Shown one piece after another: positions 48,805-58,945 of a stretch of 64,000 nt of DNA. How positions within the stretch are numbered: position 1 is the stretch's first letter; each line of letters opens with the position of its first letter. The DNA is from Candidatus Bathyarchaeota archaeon (GTDB lineage Archaea; Thermoproteota; Bathyarchaeia; Bathyarchaeales; Bathycorpusculaceae). The stretch covers positions 32,001-96,000 of the forward strand of contig CAWAKC010000005.1 in NCBI GenBank assembly GCA_963782525.1, given 5' to 3'. Both the position numbers and the translations under genes were made by a program. The notes under the pieces were generated by a model. The model saw nothing but the letters and a program-made list of their open reading frames with translations, did no database searches and was not told where the DNA came from.

Positions 48805-49277
48805 GGCTTCGAGTCAATTTAATTGTGTTCAAAAAATAAAAGAAAAAGCCAAAGATGTGACCTCAATGTCGCATGTATCAGTGGAAACAAGAAAAAATAG
48901 CCGCGCAAGAGCAGCTGCGTTGTATTCTTCTTCCCCAAAAATCCCTAACCCCATAAAAACAAAGACGCAAAAAAATGAAATGTCTGAAGTTAATCGCATA
49001 ATACAAAATACACCAAACAAGAACGAAAAATATTAGCGTTGGAAAAAATCTTAATTCTAAGTATTTTTGTTTCTTAACTTTTCTTGATTCCGCTTCTATA
49101 CCCTTGCAAGAAAATAGCTACGCTAATAAAATTAGAATAACTACAACATACGTGATCCAATAGCAAGGTCGGAGCCCAGTGAGTTGAAAACGGTTTCCTC
49201 AAATTTGACTTCTAGCTATAATTTTGAACCGTTCAAAAGATTCTTATTCTTCGCGAACTAAAAGGATATGATGTTTT

Positions 49278-50279
49278 TTGAAGAGAATAAATGTCACTGT
49301 AACTACAGACCAGTCTGAAGATGTTCGTGAAATCTTTGAAAAACTTAAGCTTCCCGTTGTTGCTTCAGCGGGAACCCAAGATGACATAACTGTTAGCAAT
49401 TTTTCAGCGCTTATTCCTGATGAACTTGTAGATAATTCTATCGAAGAATTAACGAAAAAAATAGACCTGCGAATAAAAGAAAATGTAATCAGCGTTTACG
49501 ACGTAGAATCCTTTGTCTCCACTGCACTTGACAAAATTAACGAAAAAGCCGCTAAGGAGAAATCCAAAAAGAACCCATTGGAAAGACTGATTAGCCAGAC
49601 AGACAAGCACGTGCGGCTAAACAAAGATACGTTAGCTATGGCTTTGTTTGCGACTCTTGTTGCTTTCGCCGGTCTTGTTTTAGATAATGTTGCTATTGTA
49701 ATTGGAGCTATGCTCCTTTCGCCTCTTCTAGGTCCATTAAACGCCTTTGCGGTCAATACGAATTTGGGAAGACTGCGAAAAGTCGCAGTTAGTCAGTTGT
49801 CGATTCTAGGTCTTTTAGGTGCCATAATTACTTTGTCGGCGGTCACAACCTTTTTGGTTTCACAATTTGTTAGTGTGCCTTTGACTTCGGGTCAAATAAT
49901 TTTGCGTATGCATGCTTCTTTTCCCGACATTGGGATAGCATTGGTTATCGGGCTTGCAGGTGGATTGGCTTTGTTTGTTGCTCTTCCTGAATTGCTGGTT
50001 GGTGTTGCTATTGCCGTCGCTCTTGTTCCACCTGCTACTGTAGCTGGGATAGGGTTAGCTTTGGAAGATTTTGGTCTTTTCGCAGGAGCTCTGACGCTGA
50101 CGTTTGTATACTTGATTGGATTGGAGCTGGGTTCTAGTGTTATGCTTAGAATTAGAGGGGTTACGCCTAGACATTATTATAAGAAAGGCGAAGTTAGAAC
50201 GAAATTCATGTATTCTGTCGCAATTCTTGCTGTATTATTCGGCATTTTGGCTGCTATAGTTTTTTTCCTGAACATTTAA
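49278..50279 (+). CDS. TIGR00341/DUF389-like membrane protein
   Basis: IVIGAMLLSPLLGP and GVAIAVALVPP motifs. Confidence 0.88.
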   Translation: MKRINVTVTTDQSEDVREIFEKLKLPVVASAGTQDDITVSNFSALIPDELVDNSIEELTKKIDLRIKENVISVYDVESFVSTALDKINEKAAKEKSKKNPLERLISQTDKHVRLNKDTLAMALFATLVAFAGLVLDNVAIVIGAMLLSPLLGPLNAFAVNTNLGRLRKVAVSQLSILGLLGAIITLSAVTTFLVSQFVSVPLTSGQIILRMHASFPDIGIALVIGLAGGLALFVALPELLVGVAIAVALVPPATVAGIGLALEDFGLFAGALTLTFVYLIGLELGSSVMLRIRGVTPRHYYKKGEVRTKFMYSVAILAVLFGILAAIVFFLNI

Positions 50280-50397
50280 CCAGAGGCTTTTGCGTAAACT
50301 ACATACCGCTCTGTTTCTTCTTAGCAAACGAAAAATAATGTAGAGAAAGAGTTTGAATTCCTCTAAAGACCATTGCAGCGAGTATAGCTAACCTATT

Positions 50398-51345
50398 CTA
50401 TTCATTTTGGGCTTCTTGATCGCTTGTTGGTTTTTCTATCTTTATCTCTGGCTCTGTTGAGTGACTTCGATGCGCTGTATTTGATTCTATTCTTACTTTG
50501 ATATCTATAACGCTTTCAAATTCTTTCTTTATTTTTTCTTCTACTGCGGTGGCTATTTTATCGGCTTCTTTAACAAGCATGTCATCGTCTACAACTATGT
50601 GCATATCACCTGTCATGTATGGTCCAAGCCTTCTAATGCGGATGGTGTGAACTTCTCTAACTCCCTTAATGTTTTTGGCTATATCTGAAATGGCGTTTAC
50701 AACATCGCCGCATTTGCATGCGTCAACAAGAACAAGAGAGGCTCCCTTAAAAATTAAGTAAGCACCGACGAAAATCGCCACCGCAATTAAGATTCCGGTG
50801 ATTGAATCTGCATGAAGAATTCCAAAGTAGGCGCTCAGGGTTACGCTGATTGCAACCCCAACTGAGGAAAGCACATCGATGGTTCCAGTAAGTCCTCCTG
50901 CTCCTAAGGCGCTTGAATTGTATTCTTTTGATGCTTTTTCAACCCGCCAAGAAACAATACCGGTTATTACGGCGGCGGCTAAAGCGACTATGATAGCAGC
51001 TTCTGGGTGAACAATTGCTCTTTGTGCTAACCATGCATCGTAGGCTTCAAATAAAATTAATCCCCCAAACGCCGCTAAAGTAAAGGCTGCAATTAGGCTT
51101 CCTAGCGCTTCTATTCGGTAGTAGCCAAAATGGAATGTGCCGTCAGGTGATCTTCTTGAAAGGTGCAGACCAATCCAAACGACGAGAAAAATTACCGCCG
51201 TTGAAATGGAGTGAATTCCATCAGCTAATAGCGAAACAGTCATTGCGAGAGAACCAGCAACGATTTCTGTTAAGCCGACTACTAGCATGATCAAAAAAGC
51301 CTTTTGCGCGATTGCGCTGGCTTGTTTCAAGTCGGTCGAAGACAA
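50398..51345 (-). CDS. Cation diffusion facilitator (FieF-like) transporter
   Basis: SLLADGIHS, PD..FHFGYYRIE, DVLSS; C-terminal dimerisation domain. Confidence 0.9.
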   Translation of the reverse strand: MSSTDLKQASAIAQKAFLIMLVVGLTEIVAGSLAMTVSLLADGIHSISTAVIFLVVWIGLHLSRRSPDGTFHFGYYRIEALGSLIAAFTLAAFGGLILFEAYDAWLAQRAIVHPEAAIIVALAAAVITGIVSWRVEKASKEYNSSALGAGGLTGTIDVLSSVGVAISVTLSAYFGILHADSITGILIAVAIFVGAYLIFKGASLVLVDACKCGDVVNAISDIAKNIKGVREVHTIRIRRLGPYMTGDMHIVVDDDMLVKEADKIATAVEEKIKKEFESVIDIKVRIESNTAHRSHSTEPEIKIEKPTSDQEAQNE

Positions 51346-51751
51346 GAATTCACCTTAGCAAGTTGATCCCTAGAAAAGTTCGTGTATTTTAAGGTGTTCT
51401 GTAACTCTTTATCACATATTAAAAATATCACTGAAACCAATGAAGTTCGAAATGCCTTAAAATACCAAGTAATTAATTGGACTTAGCCCAACAGCGATTA
51501 TTTTAAAAAGCTTTTACTTCTCAATAACCCTCTAACTTGAAATGAAAACTTCTTTAATCGTCTCCAGCTCTCCGTTTGCCAAGCTCACCAAACCCTTAGA
51601 ACATATTTGCTTCAGTGAAGAACTTAAAACTGCTCTATCGTCGTAACCTATGATTACTAACGCTTAAAAAAACCGTCTGGAGGTTACTAATGCCAAGAAA
51701 AGGCATAAGAAGATTGAACGATAGCCTAAACCAGCGTTCCTTTTACTACGC

Positions 51752-52048
51752 CTAGGTTGGTCTTAAGTAGAGGGATAGTTGGTCTTTTGTTACCTTAAGG
51801 TTTACTCCGTTTTCGGTGCAGCATAAAGTGCCTTTTTCTAATGCGGAAATTGCTACTGTGTTTCTGGGAAGGTCAAACAACGCGGGTTTTACGCCATGGA
51901 TTTGTTCGCTAGCTTCCTTGGTTAATTCGATTTCTAGGTGAGTTATTTTCCATTCTTCGGGACCTATAACGATGTCTTTTACTTTGCCTACGACAAAACC
52001 GTTTGCGCCAGTCACAAGTAGGTTAACTAATTGATTAAATTTCATCAA
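51752..52048 (-). CDS. PRC-barrel domain protein
   Basis: L....V.G.NG.VVGKVKDIVI....WKITHL. Confidence 0.75.
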   Translation of the reverse strand: MMKFNQLVNLLVTGANGFVVGKVKDIVIGPEEWKITHLEIELTKEASEQIHGVKPALFDLPRNTVAISALEKGTLCCTENGVNLKVTKDQLSLYLRPT

Positions 52049-52374
52049 AATCTACTCCAACAAAGTAACTATTGTATTTTTATAAAGCATATCGGTTGGC
52101 GCCCGCGAACTCCGTCTTGAAAAATTCCAATCCTATTAGGAAAGAATTGTTCGGCATCGCTAATTTTTTTAAAATCGTGCAAAAGCACATTTAACACAGC
52201 TCAACATGAACTTCCTCTTCCTCTTTATTTGCAATCAATTATAGATCCTAAAGCAGGGCTAAAAATAATATTAAAAAGTTGTCTTAAAGAGTGCATCACT
52301 TGCGGGACACGTGAAGGTGCAGCGCTCGATGAAAATGCATAAATTCGTATTCTCTTTTGATATTTTAGGAGTGA

Positions 52375-52776
52375 TTGTTTTTGAAGAAAATTGGAGAATT
52401 ATTTCAAGAAGCCGATTGGAAGATGGAGAAGCATGTGCCTGTTATTGAATGTGCGGACTCGGTGAAGGCTGATGAGCTTTTCGAAGTTAAAGTTACCGTT
52501 GGCAGAGAAGTTGCTCACCCGAATACTACAGCGCATCATATCAGTTGGATAACGCTATTCTTCCTGCCTGAAGGCGAAAAGTTCCCATATCAGGTTGCAC
52601 GCTATGAGTTCGGAGCCCATGGCGCTTCAGCACAGGGACCAAACACAAGTACGGTGTATACACATCATGCAGCGACTGGTTGGATCAAAACAGGCAAGGC
52701 AGGAACGTTCATATCGGTTTCACTCTGTAACATCCATGGGTTATGGCAGTCTTCTAAAGAAGTTAAGCTCGAATAG
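52375..52776 (+). CDS. Superoxide reductase (1Fe, neelaredoxin type)
   Basis: EKHVP, HPNT.AHHI.W, CNIHGLW iron ligands. Confidence 0.93.
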   Translation: MFLKKIGELFQEADWKMEKHVPVIECADSVKADELFEVKVTVGREVAHPNTTAHHISWITLFFLPEGEKFPYQVARYEFGAHGASAQGPNTSTVYTHHAATGWIKTGKAGTFISVSLCNIHGLWQSSKEVKLE

Positions 52777-53099
52777 ACTCGATCTTGGCGCAGCACTTAA
52801 TCGCACTTTCTTTTTTTGTTTGATTAGGTTAGAGCATACTTAGCTATCTGCCTTAGCACCTTAGATATTACAAAATGTTTCTACATTTCTTTTCTACACT
52901 CTATTAACGTTGACTTCTTAAGAACCGCTAGTGCGGATATTTTTTTAGTTTCGGAAAAAGCGGGGGACAGTTGTTTATTTTACTGTGACTTTTAGTTTTT
53001 GTTTTGGTGTTTTCTTGTTTTCGCTCATAAAATTCGCTATGTTACGGCAGCTGCCGGAATTATTTAATTATTTATAGTTGTCAGCATGTAGCCACATTG

Positions 53100-53696
53100 T
53101 CCGCGGGCTAAACTATGGTGATTTTGTGCTGAACAATTTTGTTGAATGGCAAAAGCCAATGCTAGCCGAGCCGCAGGACATGCCTATGTATGCGCCTAAA
53201 GTGCGCGTTTGGGATTTCGCAACCGCAGCTGAAGGGGAAACTGCCAACCTGACTACACGAACTGTTTGCTCGCTACGCTAGTTAGTGGTCAGATGTTTAT
53301 TTTGGATGTAGGCGTTTTCAGGGTTCGCCAAAGCAGATCGAGGATAGCGTTAAGATGTGTGATAAGCTGAACGGTAGAGCGGATTCTGTCCACATTGAGC
53401 AAGACAAAGGTTCAGCGGGCAAAAACCTGGTGGATCAGTATAGCCGCAATGTTCTGTTAGGTAGTGTTGTTGTCGCGGAGTCTCCCACTGGCAACAAGGA
53501 GGTTAGAGATGCGCCATTGGCTAACGCTCTGCGGAACGAGGCAACGTCAATTCGTCAGGGGCGTTTGGTACACGGCTTTTCTGGAAGCGGTGGAGGCTTT
53601 CCCGTTGGTACTCATAAAGATTAGATGGACTGTGCGGCTTATGCCTACAATGTTTTGCACAGAGGGGCTAGACCGCCAAGAGTGAGGCACGCATGA
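53100..53696 (+). pseudogene. Phage terminase large subunit C-terminal (RNase H-like nuclease) relic
   Basis: Across frames: VRVWDFA, PDYT, FILDV, IEQDKGSAGK, PTGNKEVR.AP, W..AFLE.VEAFP, GTHKD*MDCAAYAYN; several frameshifts and one stop. Confidence 0.8.
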
Positions 53697-53911
53697 ATCG
53701 ACCCAAAATCTGGAAGATCCAGAAGGATCCGTTGAAGCATCCTTGGGATAAGCTGCGCTAGAAGCCCGGGATCACGATTAAGGCAACGGCAAGGAACAGC
53801 TGAATTGAAGCGGAGGTTTCTACCGCAAACTAATCTAAGACTGAGAAGTTGAAAATAAATAAGTCACCGATAACCGCGCGGGTTGTTTTGAGCAACATTT
53901 TTCTTCGTTGT

Positions 53912-54325
53912 CTACTCCGGCTTTGGTGGCGGCGTGTCTGGCTGTAACAGCCCAAAGGCGTTGCCTTCAGGATCTGCAACAATTGCAAACCATCCAACTG
54001 TGGGTATAACGTTTTTTGGCACCAGGATTTTTCCGCCTTCTTTGATTACCATGGCCGTGTATTTGTCGATATTTTCTATGCTTATGTAGTTGACTTGTGG
54101 TGCGCTTTGCATTCCGGGTGTGCGCGGATATAGCCCGCCGTTTACTCCTGGACGCTGAGTCGTTCCCTTCTCGTCAACGGGAACCGTAGTTATATTGTAG
54201 TATTCTACATTTGGCATAGGGGCTTTCGTGATTTTCCATCCTAGTACATTTTCATAGAATTTTTGGAGTTTCTTAAAATTGTTTGCAGGAATTTCAAAAT
54301 GAACAACTGTGTGATCCAATTTCAT
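53912..54325 (-). CDS. VOC/glyoxalase family protein
   Basis: VVHFEIPA, FY..VLGW, NGG, GGKIL.PK, DPEGNAFGL. Confidence 0.9.
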   Translation of the reverse strand: MKLDHTVVHFEIPANNFKKLQKFYENVLGWKITKAPMPNVEYYNITTVPVDEKGTTQRPGVNGGLYPRTPGMQSAPQVNYISIENIDKYTAMVIKEGGKILVPKNVIPTVGWFAIVADPEGNAFGLLQPDTPPPKPE

Positions 54326-54544
54326 ACAACTCTTTTGTTTAGGATTTCAAACTCAGCTGTTAAGTTAAGTATATGTGTTTGTTCTATGCCTACCACATGC
54401 GGTTAAGCCCTTAAACATATAGAACCAAGAAAAGAAAATATGAAACAAGCAAAAGAGTCTTGCAGATAATAGTTCGGATGCTAAATGCCCTTAGGAATTA
54501 GCTATGAGTTTTAACATAGTCTGAAACGGGTTCAGACCACATTA

Positions 54545-54567
54545 TGGACTGGGCGGGATTTGAACCC
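54545..54567 (-). repeat. tRNA-Ala-like 3'-end fragment (att-like), copy 2
   Basis: Minus strand GGGTTCAAATCCCGCCCAGTCCA: T loop plus acceptor 3' strand with U70 and A73. Confidence 0.7.
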
Positions 54568-54771
54568 AATTGGGTTCAAACCACAATAACAAGTGGAGCA
54601 GAAAATTACTAAAATGATCAATCGGGAACACTGTAAATTGATATTGGTGCCAAACTAAGCCGTACCGGACTTAACCCCTACACAGACTGTGTAAAAACCT
54701 GGAGTCAAAACCAAAGAGCGCTTGGCATTCATACCTGTTCTAAGGCATAGTCAATAGTTGCCTTGGCTTTT

Positions 54772-56241
54772 TTACGCCCTCAAAAAAGAAATCAACATAC
54801 CAACTCCGAGTATATTGATGGCCCTTCTAATGTTATAGGCCAACATTGTAAACCCGACTTCTCCTTTAACCTTCCGAAGTCCCTTTAAAAGCAAATATCC
54901 CTGATTGAAAGCCCGTTTAATTGTTCCAAACGGGTGTTCCGCCAACATACGCCTCAAACACACCTTCTCTTTTCCCTCAAAACTCTTCAACCTAAGCCTA
55001 AGACGATCAACGGCACCATCATACTCTCCTCTGAACATGTACCTTCCACGCTTATTCCTCGTACACTTACCTCTCTCCAAACAAGAAGCACAACACATCG
55101 ACCGGTACAACCTACCCTCAAAACCCTTGCCACGATTACTATGCTTCCAAAAAGGCATATCGTTTCCCGCGGGACAAACATAGACGTCTCTGGCAGCATC
55201 ATAGACAAAACGGTCAGAATAAAACTCAGGTACAGGAACACCTACACGCTTATACGGATTCATAGCCTCAGGTATCGGCATAAACACAGTTACACCGTTG
55301 TTCTCGCAGTCAAAAACGTCCTTCTCAACATAGAACCCCTTACCACTCACAACATCCAGCCTGTCAACACATAGGATCTGTTTTGCTGCTTCTGCATCCT
55401 TGGCAAGTTGATGATGGTCAGTTGAATTGTTTATCACGTCATAATCCACAATGAGGTGCCTTTTGGCATCCACGGACGTTTGGATGTTGTAGCTGACCTC
55501 GAGTCTTTGGCTGTCAACGCGCATCAAACGGCTATCTGGATCCACCAGCGAAACCTCCTTCTGGCCTGTCGCCTTCATTTGGTTTTGAACTTGCTCGTAT
55601 CGTTGCTTTTCTTCTTCAAGCTTGCCTATCTTGTCATTGAGACCATCAACCTTGAGGCACTCATCTTCATCTGAATCTGCCGCTGCCGTGTCGTTTTGGT
55701 CCATTTCTTTGAGGTACTCTGCTATCTTTTCTTCTGTTTTTTTGAGTCTCAAAGCGACTGTTTTGTCGTTGAGGTTATTGCTTCTTGAGTTCACGGCTTT
55801 GAATTTGGTGCCATCAATGGCAACGAGTTGAGCACCATACAAATCGAGGTTTCTGCAGAGGTAAACGAATTCTTTGAATACCGGTTTGATGCAGTCTACG
55901 TTGTCTTTGCGAAAGTCAGCTATGGTTTTATGGTCTGGAGCAAGTTTTTTCATAAGCCAAATGACTTCGAGGTTTCGGTGGCATTCTCGCTCAAGTTTCC
56001 TGCTGGACCGAACCTGGTTGAGGTAGCCATACACGTAGAGCTTGAGCAGATCTGAAGGATCATATGATGGTCTTCCCGTCTCACTTGGGGTGGAATGTTT
56101 GAAGCCGAGCTTCTCTATTTTGAGGCTTTCAACAAAGGCGTCTATGAACCTTACAGGGTTTTCTTTGTCGACGTAATCGTCGAGCATGTCTGGGAAAAGC
56201 ACTGCTTGCTTTCTGTGGTTACCAGTTACGTGCTCACTCAT
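54772..56241 (-). CDS. IS1182-family transposase
   Basis: GRPSYDP..LLKLY.YGY..SSR.LE, PDHKTIADFR, AIDGTK, DPDSR, YN.Q, CPAG, EHPFGTIK, YNIRR. Confidence 0.93.
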   Translation of the reverse strand: MSEHVTGNHRKQAVLFPDMLDDYVDKENPVRFIDAFVESLKIEKLGFKHSTPSETGRPSYDPSDLLKLYVYGYLNQVRSSRKLERECHRNLEVIWLMKKLAPDHKTIADFRKDNVDCIKPVFKEFVYLCRNLDLYGAQLVAIDGTKFKAVNSRSNNLNDKTVALRLKKTEEKIAEYLKEMDQNDTAAADSDEDECLKVDGLNDKIGKLEEEKQRYEQVQNQMKATGQKEVSLVDPDSRLMRVDSQRLEVSYNIQTSVDAKRHLIVDYDVINNSTDHHQLAKDAEAAKQILCVDRLDVVSGKGFYVEKDVFDCENNGVTVFMPIPEAMNPYKRVGVPVPEFYSDRFVYDAARDVYVCPAGNDMPFWKHSNRGKGFEGRLYRSMCCASCLERGKCTRNKRGRYMFRGEYDGAVDRLRLRLKSFEGKEKVCLRRMLAEHPFGTIKRAFNQGYLLLKGLRKVKGEVGFTMLAYNIRRAINILGVGMLISFLRA

Positions 56242-56423
56242 GGCTGTTCGCTTCCTTCTGCAGGTTCATCCACTATGACTAGGTAGACTGTTTTGCCCAT
56301 GTACTCTTTTGGGCAGGTGACTTTGGCGCCTGTTCCGTAGGCAGTGACTTTTCTTTTTAAGAAGCCGACTATTCCTGTGACTTTGATTTCTGTTGCTGGC
56401 TCAAAAACTATTTTCTTAGGCAT
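56238..56423 (-). CDS. DUF2080-like transposon-associated small protein inside the IS
   Basis: KRKVTAYGTGAKV.CPKEYMGKTVYLVI; ATGA overlap with the transposase start. Confidence 0.75.
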   Translation of the reverse strand: MPKKIVFEPATEIKVTGIVGFLKRKVTAYGTGAKVTCPKEYMGKTVYLVIVDEPAEGSEQP

Positions 56424-56878
56424 ATATAGCTGATATTAATCAATTATACATATAAAACTATCATTCCCTCGAAAACCTAACATAGTTTTCACACACTCTG
56501 TACACGGTATGAGTCCCTACACCAAAATTATTGAATAAGACTAATCTTTGCAAATTTTGACCAAGTTTGAAGGTGCCCGTCTCCATACCCAAAAAGATTC
56601 AAAACTTTTCTTAACACTTGACTTCTGATTTTTTTCTCAAAGCGCTGGGTGGGGGATTCTAGACCCAATTTACCAGTAAAAGACTCAAATTGAGTAGGAC
56701 TGGACTTACCCCAAAATGGCATGAGTTTCTACATCATGGTTGCAATAATGGCTGCAGTTGCTTTGAGTCTCGCGTTGGTTTCCAAAAGAAGAGGCTGGAT
56801 ATAAAGGAAAACGCTGGTTTATGTGAGCAATATTAAAATATTAGTTAGAAAAGCTAATTGTTAGAAGATGCAATTAAT

Positions 56879-57352
56879 ATGACTTTGTCCCCAGAAGAAG
56901 CCGCACGCCAATTACTTGAAGTAATTCCAGTCGTCATGAAAGAGATACGTTCGGAAATGCGTAGTCGAAGATCACCAGACTTAACAGTTCCTCAGTTTCG
57001 CGCCCTTTCTTTCATAAGCCGAAACGTCGGTTCCTCGCTTTTGGATGTGGCAAATCATCTCGGTTTGACTCCACCCTCAACATCTAGGCTAGTGGACGGG
57101 TTAATTTATCGTAACATGATGACAAGGGAAGATCATCCAGACGATAGGCGACGGGTAAAATTAACTGTAACTCATGTTGGAGAACAGATCTTGGAAGCCT
57201 CGCGTCAAGAGGCATTAACCTATTTGTCCACAAAATTAAGCAATATTAACGCTGACGACAGAGAAGCCATCGTTAAAGCCATGAACGTTTTGCAGCCAAT
57301 CTTCACAAGTGCTGCAAAAACCAGAAGGGGTTGTAATAAATGTTTATTTTAA
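56879..57352 (+). CDS. MarR-family regulator
   Basis: LT.PQF..L, VA..LGLT..STSRLVDGL, DDRR motif. Confidence 0.9.
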   Translation: MTLSPEEAARQLLEVIPVVMKEIRSEMRSRRSPDLTVPQFRALSFISRNVGSSLLDVANHLGLTPPSTSRLVDGLIYRNMMTREDHPDDRRRVKLTVTHVGEQILEASRQEALTYLSTKLSNINADDREAIVKAMNVLQPIFTSAAKTRRGCNKCLF

Positions 57353-58137
57353 CAACGGAGCATCTTACCCGCCGCTTTGGAGACCTGACTGCGGTTGATG
57401 ACCTGACCATATCAGTTGAGGAAGGGGAAATCTTCGGTCTCCTCGGTCCTAACGGCGCTGGCAAATCGACCGCAATCAAGATGATTACCACCCTTTTGCC
57501 TCCGACCTCTGGATGTGTTAGTGTCGGCGGTTTTGACTTGGCGCATGGCGCAAACAAGATCAGAAGATTGATTGGCTACGTGCCCCAAATCCTCTCAGCT
57601 GATGGAACACTCACAGCCAGCGAAAACCTCACTGTCTTCGCAAGCCTATATGACATTCCAAGAAAGGAACGTTCCAAAAGAATTGACGAGTCGTTGGCAT
57701 TAATGGAACTCACGGAAGCCTCGGATAAACTTGTGAAAAATTATTCGGGCGGCATGATTAGACGTTTAGAGATAGCACAATCAATGCTTCATCGACCTAA
57801 AGTTCTGTTCTTGGATGAACCAACTATAGGTCTTGATCCTGTTGGGTGCAAAGCAGTTTGGGACCACATCCAAAAACTACGCGATAACTTTGGTACAACC
57901 ATTTTTCTTACAACACATTACATGGAAGAGGCAGACAAATTGTGTTCCAGAGTGGCTATTATGCATTTAGGAAAATTAGCTGTTGTCGGTGTACCAGCCG
58001 ATTTGAAGATGTCTCTATATTTAGACAATGCGACACTTGAAGATGTGTTTACGCATTACACTGGAGGAGCACTCGACAGGGGAGACAGTTACCGAGAAGC
58101 AAGAATGACAAGACGAACAGCGAAGAGGCTCGGTTAA
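57340..58137 (+). CDS. ABC exporter ATP-binding subunit (DrrA-like)
   Basis: GPNGAGKS, YSGG, LDEPT, TTHYMEEAD. Confidence 0.93.
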   Translation: MFILTTEHLTRRFGDLTAVDDLTISVEEGEIFGLLGPNGAGKSTAIKMITTLLPPTSGCVSVGGFDLAHGANKIRRLIGYVPQILSADGTLTASENLTVFASLYDIPRKERSKRIDESLALMELTEASDKLVKNYSGGMIRRLEIAQSMLHRPKVLFLDEPTIGLDPVGCKAVWDHIQKLRDNFGTTIFLTTHYMEEADKLCSRVAIMHLGKLAVVGVPADLKMSLYLDNATLEDVFTHYTGGALDRGDSYREARMTRRTAKRLG

Positions 58138-58138
58138 A

Positions 58139-58945
58139 ATGGCCACAGTTAAATTGAAGACCGCCTACAACTCAGTCAGTTGTTTCTTTAGTAAAACTTT
58201 GAGTATAGCCGCAATGGATGTTCGGAAACTTCGTCATGACCCAACTGAATTGATTACTCGTGCAGTGCAGCCAGCGCTTTGGCTGCTGGTCTTCGGAGAA
58301 GTTTTCACAAGAGTGCATATCATACCGACGGGTAATCTGTCTTACTTATCTTTCATGGCGCCGGGGATTTTGGCTCAAAGCGTACTTTTCATAGCTATAT
58401 TTTTCGGCATAACTGTTATTTGGGAACGAGACCTAGGTATTATCCATAAGTTTTTGGTCAGCCCTACTCCTCGTGAAGCATTGGTTCTTGGAAAAGCCTT
58501 GTCCGCAGGAGTCCGTGCTCTTTCTCAGGTGGTTATCATTTATGTGTTGGCTATGTTGATTGGTGTTGGAATAAATTGGAATCCCATAAATCTAACATTG
58601 GTCGCAGTCGTCGCAGTATTGGCTTCAGCAGTGTTCTCCACATTTTCGCTCATCATAGCTTCGGTCGTGAAGACAAGGGAACGTTTCATGGGTATAGGTC
58701 AAATCTTAACCATGCCCCTGTTTTTTGCAAGCAACGCAATTTACCCCTTGTCCATGATGCCGAGTTGGCTGCAAGCGGTGGCACAGGTTAACCCACTAAC
58801 ATATACAGTTGATGCTTTGCGAGGGCTTATGATCGTCGGAGGAACCAGCGTGTATGGTGTTGGTTTGGACATGCTTGTACTTTTAGTAAGCATGATAGCC
58901 TTGATAATAATCGGCGCTAAGCTCTATCCGAAAGTGATCGTTTGA
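58139..58945 (+). CDS. ABC-2 type permease
   Basis: FMAPGIL, WERDLG, PLFFAS...YP, NPLTY.VD. Confidence 0.92.
   Translation: MATVKLKTAYNSVSCFFSKTLSIAAMDVRKLRHDPTELITRAVQPALWLLVFGEVFTRVHIIPTGNLSYLSFMAPGILAQSVLFIAIFFGITVIWERDLGIIHKFLVSPTPREALVLGKALSAGVRALSQVVIIYVLAMLIGVGINWNPINLTLVAVVAVLASAVFSTFSLIIASVVKTRERFMGIGQILTMPLFFASNAIYPLSMMPSWLQAVAQVNPLTYTVDALRGLMIVGGTSVYGVGLDMLVLLVSMIALIIIGAKLYPKVIV

Larger units (their letters stand above)
54683..56500 (-). mobile_element. IS1182-family insertion sequence (1818 bp)
   Basis: Terminal inverted repeats CAGACTGTGTAAAAAC and revcomp CAGAGTGTGTGAAAAC (14/16); 4-bp target duplication TACA at 54679-54682 and 56501-56504. Confidence 0.9.

Noticed and set aside
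53622-53624. TAG read-through or recoded (TAG=Gln/Pyl) viral gene
   Set aside because: The same relic has several frameshifts, so ordinary decay (CAG to TAG) is the simpler explanation.
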